A stretch of DNA of 63,465 nt, filler included, from Octopus bimaculoides (GCF_001194135.2; 5 parts of 5 records of this genome joined end to end with filler, not necessarily neighbours in it), one strand, 5' to 3'. Numbered from the whole stretch's first letter, positions 38,469-51,133 are shown. Made by a program: numbers and translations. The notes: generated by a model not told the origin, from the sequence alone.

Positions 38469-39003
38469 TGTGTGTGTGTATGTGTTTGTGATATTCTTTT
38501 GATATATATAAATTTATATATATAAATATATATATATAAATGTATATGTATATTAAAGAAAATAACACATACACATAATATANNNNNNNNNNNNNNNNNN
38601 NNNNNNNNNNNNNNNNNNNNNNNNNNNNNNNNNNNNNNNNNNNNNNNNNNNNNNNNNNNNNNNNNNNNNNNNNNNNNNNNNNNNNNNNNNNNNNNNNNNN
38701 NNNNNNNNNNNNNNNNNNNNNNNNNNNNNNNNNNNNNNNNNNNNNNNNNNNNNNNNNNNNNNNNNNNNNNNNNNNNNNNNNNNNNNNNNNNNNNNNNNNN
38801 NNNNNNNNNNNNNNNNNNNNNNNNNNNNNNNNNNNNNNNNNNNNNNNNNNNNNNNNNNNNNNNNNNNNNNNNNNNNNNNNNNNNNNNNNNNNNNNNNNNN
38901 NNNNNNNNNNNNNNNNNNNNNNNNNNNNNNNNNNNNNNNNNNNNNNNNNNNNNNNNNNNNNNNNNNNNNNNNNNNNNNNNNNNNNNNNNNNNNNNNNNNN
39001 NNN

Positions 39004-39047
<44 letters not shown>

Positions 39048-39303
39048 CCCATATGACGACATACAGATGAAACTAGTCACGCAGATGTTGGAAACAGCAA
39101 AAGATAGCTGTCTGGATGGTATGTGTTTTAATGCACACACACTGGCACACACACACTAATGCACACACGCATGTATATTTATAACGAAATAATATTGGTT
39201 ATGTTAATATTAATAATAATAACAACGATAACAATAATAAAGGATGATGCTTCAATACAAGGACAATGCAAGATAATTTACATAGTATAATATTGAATAT
39301 CTC

Positions 39304-39378
<75 letters not shown>

Positions 39379-39687
39379 GGGTACATATGTGTACACACAC
39401 TGACACACACACATATACATACATACGTACTTATCTATGTCTGTTCGTCTGTCTATCTAGCTATCTGTACATAATCATCAATTATATACCAGGTTTCTGT
39501 ATATCATTCACTTAAGCACATATATACGAATATTATATATATGTGTATATATACAATACCCATGGTGATGAGTAGATGTATATGTATGCATGTATATATA
39601 TATTCTGTAATAAGCATAAATCTGAAAGAGGAACCACACTCTAAGATGTAGAGTAATATATATTAAAATTGGGGAAGGCCGGTTTAT

Positions 39688-39740
39688 AGGATTACCTTAG
39701 GTTTCCCGTCCGTAAATAGTTATCGTATCGTCAGTTCCCC
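39688..39740 (-). ncRNA. Possible hammerhead motif in the PLE 3' region
   Basis: gggaa-CTGACGA-(22 nt, weak stem II)-GAAAC-ctaag-GTA-atcc, ~130 nt downstream of the GIY-YIG stop. Confidence 0.4.
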
Positions 39741-39870
39741 AAAACCTGTTGGCCTATAACCTCTTTAAAATATGGAGGAGGAAATGCCTTACTACTCAAA
39801 AGTAACAATTGGAGATTTTCACCCTTCGCTATTGGTTATCGAGGTCCGACTGTGCCGCCATCTTGTAGGC

Positions 39871-40582
39871 TCAAAAAGCTAGCAGGAATCTTATGAAATG
39901 TAAACATGTTCCGAAAATCTCCGTTCTAGTGTTAAGGATGTTACCTGGTTCGAGTGAGGCCTTTCGGACTCTCGAGCGTTCGCCTATGCATAACTTGCAA
40001 TGCTTCATCCCGTTGATGTAGATGCCTGTGTTCTCGAGGATTTTCCATGAGGTCGAGTGTGGGAGCTCATCATCTCTTAGTTGCCAGACGTGGCTGGCCA
40101 GTAATATTGCGTATCTTCTCTTCGGAATTCTGAAGGAGGACCTGTGGTTAGACACGTTGCTTGAAAGTGTTCTCGGAACATCCAATATATCTCCACAGGC
40201 GTGTGTGGTCGATGATGTGTCTGCTGTTGCTCTTGTTGCTGCCGCCGACATCGTTGTTGTTGGAGCTGGGACTGCTAGTGATGGCGTCGCTGGATGTGGT
40301 GGTTTTGTCGGTAATAGTATCACCACTGCCGGTTATGAGAAAAGTGCTGTTGTTATTATTGTGGTCCTCGTTATTGGTGGGAGAGTTGTCATTGCTGCTA
40401 AAGGTGTTATTAGCTGTGGTTCCGCTAATGTATCTGCTAGGGCCACTGACACCGTTGTTGCAATAGCTGCCATTATTGCCGTTAGTACTGTCAGTGGCAC
40501 TGGACCTGTTGCTGCTGCTATAGGAGTTGTCAGATCTGGTACTGTGGATGTTATTAATACTGCTGTCCTTTAAGTAAACAAC
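39871..40582 (-). pseudogene. Penelope-like GIY-YIG endonuclease remnant
   Basis: VVY (40582-40574), then 128 open codons, then YIGCSENTFKQRV, a frameshift, and NHRSSF...LASHVWQL...WKIL...CKLC...LNTRTEIFGTCLH. Confidence 0.85.
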
Positions 40583-40806
40583 GCGCAGAATAAACTGGAT
40601 ACGAAATTATATACATCCACCAATATACCTATAATTATTACTGGAAAATATCCACACGCATTCTATACATGGATATTTACATTTGGAATGGAACTATACT
40701 CCAAGTACTTTTTCTTCTTTGTTTTTTTTTCTACTCCGCATCGCTCTCATTTCTTCCTGCAAATCTCCTCATACAGATGTAATAATGCTTATCTTCTACT
40801 AATACC

Positions 40807-40855
40807 GTCTCCGATGAAGGGATACATTGAATTTTCCCTGAAACAACTGTAAGAC
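40807..40855 (+). ncRNA. Type-I hammerhead motif with variant core
   Basis: gtct-CCGATGA-aggga-(12 nt)-tccct-GAAAC-aact-GTA-agac. Confidence 0.6.
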
Positions 40856-41220
40856 ATTCTACATAAAATATTAATTTATTTACGGCATTGATCTCTTTTT
40901 CTCATTCTTTTTAGATATACACACGCTAATACACGACCCATGTTATATTCTCCATTCATGTTGCNNNNNNNNNNNNNNNNNNNNNNNNNNNNNNNNNNNN
41001 NNNNNNNNTTAATTAATTAANNNNNNNNNNNNNNNNNNNNNNNNNNNNNNNNNNNNNNNNNNNNTTTCTGATGTTATATTTATTCCTGACGATGTGTAAA
41101 GAAATTTTAATTTATTAAGTCTCTTAATGAATTCTTTATACTGAAAAATATATATTGAAGAAGATAAATATGTTCTTTTGAATATATACGTTTTTGTGTC
41201 GTAACTCCTTTATTATTATT

Positions 41221-41264
<44 letters not shown>

Positions 41265-43754
41265 CGTGCATATATACACGCACATATATGTGTGTTTGTG
41301 TATGCATGCATGTGTGGGCATGTTTGTGTTGTGCCTTCTCATCAACACTTGACAACTAGTGTTGGTTTGGTTACATCCCTACAACTTAGTATTGCAGAAA
41401 AAAAAGGCGGTCAATAGAATGAGCACCAATTTGAAAAAAAAAAAACAAAAACAAAAAAAAATAATGATATTTCGATTGGTTTTGATTGCTTAAAAAAGCA
41501 AAAAAAAAAAAAAAATTTAAAAATGGTATCTCAGTATGGTATGGCTGCAATCCAATGGCCAAAATAACAAAAACAGCTAAAAGAATAAATGAATGAAGGA
41601 AACTCATCTATATTTAATGTCCACTAAACTTCTCATTTCCTTTCCAGCAGAAAAAAAAAAAAGTCATAATAATATTCACCTTCTCTTCAAGTTGGTACAA
41701 AGTTCAATAAGGTTACATTGAGCCATTCGATTGACACTGGCCAAGTGATTCAGAATAGATCAGCTCACATGTCAGTTTGTCTCAAAGAGATATTTGCCTC
41801 GGTTTGTATATATCTATTTGATATTCATAGATAAATATACAGAAACATCTGCCCTTATCTCTTAGTATATGTGTCTGTCTGCCTGACCGTTTGCATGTAT
41901 GGCCGTCTGTCCGTCTGTCTATCTCTCTTTCCCTTTCTCATTTTGTTTCTATCCAGCTATCAACCTCTGTATTTTTCTTCTCTGTCTGTCTGTCTGTCTG
42001 TCTCTCTTTCTCTCTCTCTTGCTTGCCCTTTCTTTCTCAACTTATTCATGTTTTTTTCCTTTCTTTCTCACTTTTTATACACAGCAACAGACACTCACTC
42101 ACACACACACAAACACACACACACTCTCTCACACACACACTCTCACAGACACAAAACACACACAGAGCATGGGAAATAACCATCTGCTGCATGGTATATT
42201 TTGATTTCATGTACTATCATATAACACACACACACACACACACACACACANNNNNNNNNNNNNNNNNNNNNNNNNNNNNNNNNNNNNNNNNNNNNNNNNN
42301 NNNNNNNNNNNNNNNNNNNNNNNNNNNNNNNNNNNNNNNNNNNNNNNNNNNNNNNNNNNNNNNNNNNNNNNNNNNNNNNNNNNNNNNNNNNNNNNNNNNN
42401 NNNNNNNNNNNNNNNNNNNNNNNNNNNNNNNNNNNNNNNNNNNNNNNNNNNNNNNNNNNNNNNNNNNNNNNNNNNNNNNNNNNNNNNNNNNNNNNNNNNN
42501 NNNNNNNNNNNNNNNNNNNNNNNNNNNNNNNNNNNNNNNNNNNNNNNNNNNNNNNNNNNNNNNNNNNNNNNNNNNNNNNNNNNNNNNNNNNNNNNNNNNN
42601 NNNNNNNNNNNNNNNNNNNNNNNNNNNNNNNNNNNNNNNNNNNNNNNNNNNNNNNNNNNNNNNNNNNNNNNNNNNNNNNNNNNNNNNNNNNNNNNNNNNN
42701 NNNNNNNNNNNNNNNNNNNNNNNNNNNNNNNNNNNNNNNNNNNNNNNNNNNNNNNNNNNNNNNNNNNNNNNNNNNNNNNNNNNNNNNNNNNNNNNNNNNN
42801 NNNNNNNNNNNNNNNNNNNNNNNNNNNNNNNNNNNNNNACACATGTGTGCATGGATGTATTCATACATACATATATTTACATGTACACACATTCATACAT
42901 ACACATATGCATACATACATACATGCATGTATGCATATATTCATACACAGATATATTTATACATACATACATACATACATGCATGCATGATATATATGCA
43001 TTCATATATTCATATACACAGATTTTCATATGCAGATATATACATGCAGACAAACAGACATAAACACTTACATACATACGTACATACATACATACACACA
43101 CATACATACATACATACATACATGTATGCATGCATATATTCATACATATACACATAAATAATATACATCCTTATATACATAAATGCATATGCATACATAA
43201 TACACATGCATACATACATGCATATACACAGATATATTTATACATACATACATGCATACATAATATACATGCATACATACATACATGTTTGACCCATTTT
43301 ATGTTACAGTTTGAAAAGGTAAAAGAAAAAAAAATCAATGTAAAATATAGAAGATGCATTGATAGAGTAGCTGATGGTTATAGGTTGTCTTTTAATTACA
43401 AACCTATTTGGAAATAACCCAAGACTAATAAAGTTAGTTATGCAAAACTGATTTACCATTACTGTGGCAGTATTTCAGCTTGATTCAAACCACAACGGTT
43501 CAAACTGACTGAAGAACTAAGTAATTTGAATATAGAATATTGTTTGTCAGTGAAACGTTCTTCAATACATATATTGATTTCTTACTATTATGTTGTGGGG
43601 AGCAGTAGAACTTATTTGCTAGTAGAGAGACCTCTGAAGGTTTTTATGTTTGCGCTGTGTGTCTGGAGCAAGTCACATTGACGAAGTCCAGCCCTCTCTC
43701 TGCCGTGCTCTCTCAGGGAGAACTGAACTTAGTACTATGTTGTAATATTCTTTT

Positions 43755-43961
43755 CTGCTCTAGGCATAAGGCCTGAAATTTTTTGTTGGGAGGTGGGGGT
43801 GGGGGCAGTTGATTAGATCGACCCCAATACGCAACCGGTTCAGCCTCAGCAATACGCAACCGGTTCAGCCTCAGCAGAATTTGCTCAGAACTTAGTGATG
43901 AACAAAATGCTACTAAACATTTTACTTGACATACTAATGCTTCTTCTAGCTTGCCGCCTTA

Positions 43962-44011
<50 letters not shown>

Positions 44012-44250
44012 TAATAGTAATGATAATAATAATTCTTTCTACTGGAGGCACAAGGGCCTGAAATTTGTGGGGAGGGGACAAGTAGGTTACATCGACACCA
44101 GTGTTTCACTGGTACTTAATTTATCGACCTCTCAAGAGGACGAAAGACAAAGTTGACCTCGGTGAAATTTGCTCAGAACTTAGTGACAAACAAAATGCCG
44201 CTAAAAGTTTTTCTTGGCATGCTAACGATTCTTCTAGCTTGCCACCATAA
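43755..44250 (-). mobile_element. Two tandem family B SINEs separated by (AAT)n
   Basis: Copies at ~43755-43965 and ~44040-44250, with a 25-bp tandem duplication at ~43827-43876. Confidence 0.75.
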
Positions 44251-44727
44251 ATAATAACAATAATAATAGTAAATAATAAGCGCCTGGTTGACCCTTATCA
44301 GACGGGTAGTCATGATGGGTATAATGGGCTTCGTATAATTGTACCCCAGTGTTACTTTGATGGCATGCGCTGCTCTCTCACTCGATAATAATAACGATGA
44401 TGATGATGATGATGGTTGGTTCTCTCGATCAGATATATGTCAAATATGTGTAAATTAGGGTTTAAAATAATTATTTCTTTCATTTTATCCCAAGGGAGAA
44501 GTCATCTGTCTATTCAGTATGTCATAACAGCACTTGAAATAGCTGACTAACCCATAATTCATCTTTTGGTTACATTTCAATTATTAGACACAACACATAG
44601 AATTGGCTGTTGTGAAGTATAGCCATTAGACAGTGGCCATGCTGGGGCAACGCCTACTTACTTTTATTGGGAAATGTCTTTTTTTCATTAGTCCTAAAAC
44701 CAAATTTAATATATAAAAATGATTGAA

Positions 44728-44934
44728 TTAACACTTTAGCATATAAAATAGCCATATCTGTCCCAAAAGTTCAAACCAGCCAGATTTAATCTCTCACAGC
44801 TATCCTATTATGTCATTGCAAAAATAAACAATCACATCATTGAAATCTCGAAGCTCTGAGATAATGGATGATTATTTTATAATTATGTGAATACATAATC
44901 ATTTGACAGAATAATTTTAGCGCTAAAAGGTTAA
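44728..44934. mobile_element. Short TTAA-flanked MITE (piggyBac-like ends)
   Basis: ttaa-cactttagca ... cgctaaaagg-ttaa; internally similar to 55795-56338. Confidence 0.6.
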
Positions 44935-45453
44935 ACCTATACACAAGCATCTCTTATTGGTCCCTGAGAGAGGAAGGTTAAAGCCATCCCTGACTGGATT
45001 TGGATCTGGAATCAAAAGACATTAAGCCAGTCGCAATAAAAGCATTTGCTCTGTTCTACTGTCTCTGCCTTTTGCTAGTACAGTTTTGATAGTTGTCTGC
45101 CCTTTAGAGTCCCCACTGAAAATGTTACAAACTTACCTCCCTTGATCTTTCAACATCACTTGATCCGAGTTGATACCAGGAACGTTTGTTTGATAGTTTC
45201 TGTCAAACAAATTGTCCTACGACCTCTTAACTTTTGAATTTCTCTGGAATTAAACTTCCTTTACTTAAGAAAAAAAGGTTTAACGACAGGCAGGACACTC
45301 AGCTGTAAGAATCCTGCTTCAGTTACCTCACCCGTTTACCCCATGCTAGCTGGGAAAAAAGACGTTAAGCCTCTCTCTCTCTCTCCCCTCTTCTCTCTCT
45401 CTCTCTCTCCACACACACACACACACACACGCACACACACATACACACACACA

Positions 45454-45707
45454 TAGGGTGGTGCAGAAGTAGGTATACAGTTATGAAAAAAAAACATGTA
45501 CAATACTTATTTATTTTCATCAAAAAAATTAAAAGTTATGATAAAAGTATTATTATGATTAATGACAATGAAAATATCAAAAACGAGGCTAACTAATGTA
45601 GTTAGTTGTAATGTAATTAATGTAATGTGCTAATAATTTTAATGAATTAAATATTGTAAGATTGATGTGATATTTACTGTATACCTGCTTTTGCACCTCC
45701 CCCTGTA
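45454..45707. mobile_element. Tc1/mariner-type MITE
   Basis: TIRs agggtggtgcagaagtaggtatacagt and actgtatacctgcttttgcacctcccctg, TA-flanked. Confidence 0.75.
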
Positions 45708-47454
45708 TATGTATGTATGCACACACACACACATATATATGTATATATATATATATGTATACATATATATATTATGAACAGACTGACAGATAGATATTTA
45801 ATGCCAGTTTTCCCGCCACCACCAGAGTCCATTCTGTTGCAAACATTTAGGGCCATGACTTTAGTTTCAAGATACCTTCCTCTCCCCCAACACTTTTTTG
45901 GGAGACCTTGTAAAGGGTCACCCACATTGCTTTCCCTCCTTGCTAAAAGATTAAAAGGAAACCCTTTAAAAAAAAATTTTTTTTACTAATAACTATTATA
46001 TAATACATTGTTCTGGTAACATTGAAAAGTTGATATATCTAACTGATAAAACCTTTCTCTTTGCAAACCAATGAAGGAGCTTCTATGTGGTTACATGACC
46101 TGTCAGTAACCTCTGTATGACCTCTGTGTCAAAGGTGTCAAAGGACGATGGCCAGTCCAACTCAACAACAACAACAATAGCAAGATATTGTAGACCTAAT
46201 TTGAAGTTGGAAGTAAGGTGGTGGTGGTAGTGATGGCCATGGTAAAAATGCATGGTGTATGAAGTGCTTTGGTAATAAAGAATAAAAATGAAAATGAAAA
46301 TAGAAAATAAAATAAAACTTCTTTAAAAAATCCAAGATTTTAAGATTTTACTGCCATATTATGGTCACAGTGCGAAAATAAAATATCAGAATTTAACAAG
46401 TTTAATAAAAATTTAGAAATGCTAAATAAATAAGAATAAATAAATAAATACAAAATAAAAAAAATCTTAACAAACATAAATCTTTAGAAACATAAATTTA
46501 ANNNNNNNNNNNNNNNNNNNNNNNNNNNNNNNNNNNNNNNNNNNNNNNNNNNNNNNNNNNNNNNNNNNNNNNNNNNNNNNNNNNNNNNNNNNNNNNNNNN
46601 NNNNNNNNNNNNNNNNNNNNNNNNNNNNNNNNNNNNNNNNNNNNNNNNNNNNNNNNNNNNNNNNNNNNNNNNNNNNNNNNNNNNNNNNNNNNNNNNNNNN
46701 NNNNNNNNNNNNNNNNNNNNNNNNNNNNNNNNNNNNNNNNNNNNNNNNNNNNNNNNNNNNNNNNNNNNNNNNNNNNNNNNNNNNNNNNNNNNNNNNNNNN
46801 NNNNNNNNNNNNNNNNNNNNNNNNNNNNNNNNNNNNNNNNNNNNNNNNNNNNNNNNNNNNNNNNNNNNNNNNNNNNNNNNNNNNNNNNNNNNNNNNNNNN
46901 NNNNNNNNNNNNNNNNNNNNNNNNNNNNNNNNNNNNNNNNNNNNNNNNNNNNNNNNNNNNNNNNNNNNNNNNNNNNNNNNNNNNNNNNNNNNNNNNNNNN
47001 NNNNNNNNNNNNNNNNNNNNNNNNNNNNNNNNNNNNNNNNNNNNNNNNNNNNCCATTCGATGTTTAATAACTAGTTTTATAGAAACTTCTTACAAAATTC
47101 ATATTTTGTTTTTCACACATTAACTTGTGTTGTTTAAACTCTGTAAAAATATTAGAGAAAGAAACCCAGCTGTTTCTTGCAATACATAAATCTAAAGCAA
47201 AATTTTTTTCAGGGGCCCTTAAAATACTTTTGTGGACCCCTAATTATTATTTTGTTGTGTGGACCCCACCATATGGACTCTCACAGGCCATATGGACCCT
47301 CACGGGTCATTTGGACCCCAGTTGAAAGTCCATGTGTCTTTTATGCCATCAAATGCTGTAAATTAAAAAAAAAAAAAATGATAAATATATAAAATAGTTA
47401 TTCTTTCAAAATGGTGGCATTACAAATGTTCGGTTTTCAAACATTCATGAAACA

Positions 47455-48009
47455 TCATGAAATAACAGAGTCATATGTGAGTTTTCCACAAGCTTTCTTT
47501 CGAATTGGTTCTTTGCTGGAAAACAAATTATGTTTCCTTTTCCTAGACTTTCGTTCTCTTTTCAGCTTGCTGCCACACAGAGGCCTTAACTTCCGAGAAC
47601 GTTTTGGAGTCTTGTATGTCTCTTGAACTAATTCGGAATACTCAGACAGTTCATCACCCGCTGTATAGCTTTGTTTCGTTTGGTTGTTAATGTCATGCGA
47701 TGGTGTATGATCTAACTTTTGTACTTCATCTTCCGTTTGGTCTGTTTTAGACCTGGTCTCTTCTGTGTTGCTGACGACTTCGTCTAAGGGACAACCGTTA
47801 AGTTTCGAATCAGTTGGTTTCATCACAGATATTTGGTCATTCTCCTCGTCCGACTCTCTGTCCTTCTGGTTGTGGTTTCCACTTGGCTCACATTGCATCG
47901 AAGGGTCAACATAATCCCCCTTGAGCCAAATGTGCCGAGAACCAGTGATGTAGTGACGGAAACAACGTAACACACGGTTCCCTAGTGAATTATATTCCTC
48001 TGAAATAAC
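47455..48009 (-). CDS. Terminal coding exon of a retropepsin-like aspartic protease gene
   Basis: Acceptor ttttttcctag|GTT at 48009 (phase 0, matching the upstream exon). 185 open codons including the stop: VISEEYNSLGNRVLRCFRHYITGSRHIWLKGD..., an acidic tail and a basic cluster; TGA at 47457-47455. Confidence 0.85.
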   Translation of the reverse strand, partial: VISEEYNSLGNRVLRCFRHYITGSRHIWLKGDYVDPSMQCEPSGNHNQKDRESDEENDQISVMKPTDSKLNGCPLDEVVSNTEETRSKTDQTEDEVQKLDHTPSHDINNQTKQSYTAGDELSEYSELVQETYKTPKRSRKLRPLCGSKLKRERKSRKRKHNLFSSKEPIRKKACGKLTYDSVIS

Positions 48010-48299
48010 CTAGGAAAAAATTTAAAAAATGGATACAATGTATACATCAATGTGAATATTATGCACACACTTATAAACACCCAATATATTTTGAAGAAAA
48101 GAAATAGAAATATTACAAGAGATCATCAGTGGTATCTACCAAGTGAATGAAATTTCTCAGAAATTAGCTAACAAGAAATGTAAGGACCCTGTGAAGAAGA
48201 TGCCTGACGTATTTCCCCTACCTCCACCCCATTTCCTTCCCAATAATAGGAGGAAGGGGAAAAACGATTGATGGCTATATAAGTCAACATGAAGAGCGT

Positions 48300-48532
48300 C
48301 GCCTTCCTGGCACTTGTTCCGGTGGCACGTTAGAAAATTATTCGAACAAGGTTGTTGACAGTGCCGCTGGGCTGGCTCCTGTGCAGGTGGCACGTAAAAA
48401 ATAACACCATGTTGAGCGTGGCCGTTGCCAGTACCGCGTGACTGGCCCTCGTGCTGGTGGCATGTAAAAGCACCCACTACACTCTCGGAGCAGTTGTTGG
48501 CATTAGGAAGGGCATCCAGCTGTAGAAACTCT
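48300..48532 (+). mobile_element. Family E repeat in intron
   Basis: ggtggcatgtaaaagcacccactacactctcggag...ggcattaggaagggcatccagctgtagaaac. Confidence 0.7.
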
Positions 48533-49475
48533 NNNNNNNNNNNNNNNNNNNNNNNNNNNNNNNNNNNNNNNNNNNNNNNNNNNNNNNNNNNNNNNNNNNN
48601 NNNNNNNNNNNNNNNNNNNNNNNNNNNNNNNNNNNNNNNNNNNNNNNNNNNNNNNNNNNNNNNNNNNNNNNNNNNNNNNNNNNNNNNNNNNNNNNNNNNN
48701 NNNNNNNNNNNNNNNNNNNNNNNNNNNNNNNNNNNNNNNNNNNNNNNNNCAAATTCTGCTGAGGTCGACTTTGTCTTTCGTCCCTTTCGGGGTTGAGAAA
48801 GCAAGTACCATTTGAGCACTGGGGGTCAATGTAATCGACTTACCCACCCCATCCCCATCCCCATCCCCACCCCCGGGGGCTCGAAATTGCTGGCATAATG
48901 CCAAAATGTGAAATCAATATTATATATACACTTAAACACACACAACGTATAGTTTGCCTGTTTCTTTCAGTCTGGTGCTAGATAGACAACAAAATGGAAT
49001 GGTCATGGCTGGAATGTCTTGATCATAGGTCAGCTGAATCGGGGCTGACCTAGGGGCTACACATACAACAACAGTAACAATGACATGACCCCCACCATCC
49101 ACTGCGCCAAAACCTAGAAAAGAGCGCAATATTGCAAGTTACCTCCCTTGACTCTGATCACTGCAGACGCTTTATTGACCAAAAATAATTCATTGTTTTT
49201 TTATTCATATATTCACATATGGAAATATATTATTGAATACGTTTCCGCATCACGTTTATCATATCATATTATTTTTAATAGATAATAAATTGCGAGATAT
49301 TTCATTATGTATACATGAATTGATTAACGTTAACTGTAAATACATTATTTAATATAAATAATCAGGAATAGAGGCAGCATATTAATTTAGTTAAACATGT
49401 GTTTAGTAAATGACCGATATGAGATGCAACTGTCATGTATTGGAATACACAGTTAAGGAAAGGAAGGAAGGTAGT

Positions 49476-49848
49476 ACTCCGTCGCTTACGACGTCGAGGG
49501 TTCCAGTTGACCCGATCAACGGAACAGCCTGCTCATGAAATTAACGTGCAAGTGGCTGAGCACTCCACAGACACGTGTACCCTTATTGTAGTTCTCGGGG
49601 ATATTCAGCGTGTCACAGTGTGACAAGGCTGACCCTTTGAATTACAGGCACAACAGAAACAGGAAGTAAGAGTGAGAGAAAGTTGTGGTGGAAGAGTACA
49701 GAAGGGTTCTCCACCATCCCCTGCCGGAGCCCCGTGGAGCTTTTTGGTGTTTTCGCTCAATAAACACTCACAACGCCCGGTCTGGGAATCGAAACCGCGA
49801 TCCTATGACCGCGAGTACGCTGCCCTAACCACTGGGCCATTGCGCCTC
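49476..49848 (-). mobile_element. Family A SINE in intron
   Basis: High identity to 452-830. Confidence 0.85.
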
Positions 49849-49964
49849 GGAATACACAATATATCATAGAAAAGAAACAGTTAGATCGGTTTTTTTCCCC
49901 CCATGATTTTTGTTTTTCAGCTCAATGCATTCAAATTACCATAGCATAATATGCTGAGGCATAA

Positions 49965-50230
49965 GACGGTGAGCTGGCAGAAACGTTAGCACGCCGGGCG
50001 AAATGCTTAGCGGTATTTCGTCTGCCGTTACGTTCTGTGTTCAAATTCCGCCGAGGTCGACTTTGCCTTTCATCCTTTCGGGGTCGATAAATTAAGTACC
50101 AGTTACGCACTGGGGTCGATGTAATCGACTTAATCCGTTCGTCTGTTCTTGTTTGTTCCCTCTATGTCTAGCCCCTTGTGGGCAATAACGAAATAGGTAT
50201 TTCATCTACCGTTACTACGTTCTGAGTTCA
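49965..50230 (+). mobile_element. Full-length family B SINE in intron
   Basis: Head ggtgagctggcagaaacgttagc through tail ccccttgtgggcaataac. Confidence 0.9.
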
Positions 50231-50399
50231 AAGGGAGAACAAATGCAGGGAGCGATTTCTTTGACTAAAAAAGGTGGTGCTCCAGCATGGTCGCAGTTAA
50301 GTGACTGAAACTAGTAAAAGAATAAAAGAAGATCTAAAATGATATCTTATTTGACGTTTTGCTCATTTGTAACAAAAAAAAAAGCCTGGAATTTCTTAC

Positions 50400-50569
50400 C
50401 TCAATTTTAAGTTCAACTGATCCAAGCTTAAGCTTGGCTTCATATAGGGTTTTGTGCATTGACGCATGAACTCCTTTGCTGCGAACGTTTCCCAGTTCTT
50501 TCAAGTCAAGCTTTTCAACAATGTCTTTCCTCAAAGTCACCACATCGCTGCCAGAATCAACCATAAATT
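50400..50569 (-). CDS. Internal exon encoding the catalytic D-S-G motif of a retropepsin-like aspartic protease
   Basis: Acceptor ttttcttccctag|AA, donor GAG|gtaaga, 170 nt. (E)FMVDSGSDVVTLRKDIVEKLDLKELGNVRSKGVHASMHKTLYEAKLKLGSVELKIE. Confidence 0.9.
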
Positions 50570-51133
50570 CTAGGGAAGAAAAATTCATAAAAAAAGACAT
50601 TATATTCTTTTCTACTCNNNNNNNNNNNNNNNNNNNNNNNNNNNNNNNNNNNNNNNNNNNNNNNNNNNNNNNNNNNNNNNNNNNNNNNNNNNNNNNNNNN
50701 NNNNNNNNNNNNNNNNNNNNNNNNNNNNNNNNNNNNNNNNNNNNNNNNNNNNNNNNNNNNNNNNNNNNNNNNNNNNNNNNNNNNNNNNNNNNNNNNNNNN
50801 NNNNNNNNNNNNNNNNNNNNNNNNNNNNNNNNNNNNNNNNNNNNNNNNNNNNNNNNNNNNNNNNNNNNNNNNNNNNNNNNNNNNNNNNNNNNNNNNNNNN
50901 NNNNNNNNNNNNNNNNNNNNNNNNNNNNNNNNNNNNNNNNNNNNNNNNNNNNNNNNNNNNNNNNNNNNNNNNNNNNNNNNNNNNNNNNNCTTCGTAAATT
51001 TGTGTAGGGAAATTGTGAATTAACTCCATGCCTTACAAATAACAATGTAACTTTTCTCGAAATATAACAATTTAAACTAGAACTATTAATATTTCTAAGT
51101 CTCTCTAAAGGAGATTACGGCAGCGGTACTGGA

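Noticed and set aside
40022-40573. 183-aa hydrophobic plus-strand ORF resembling a membrane protein
   Set aside because: Antisense shadow of the Ser/Asn-rich GIY-YIG insertion.
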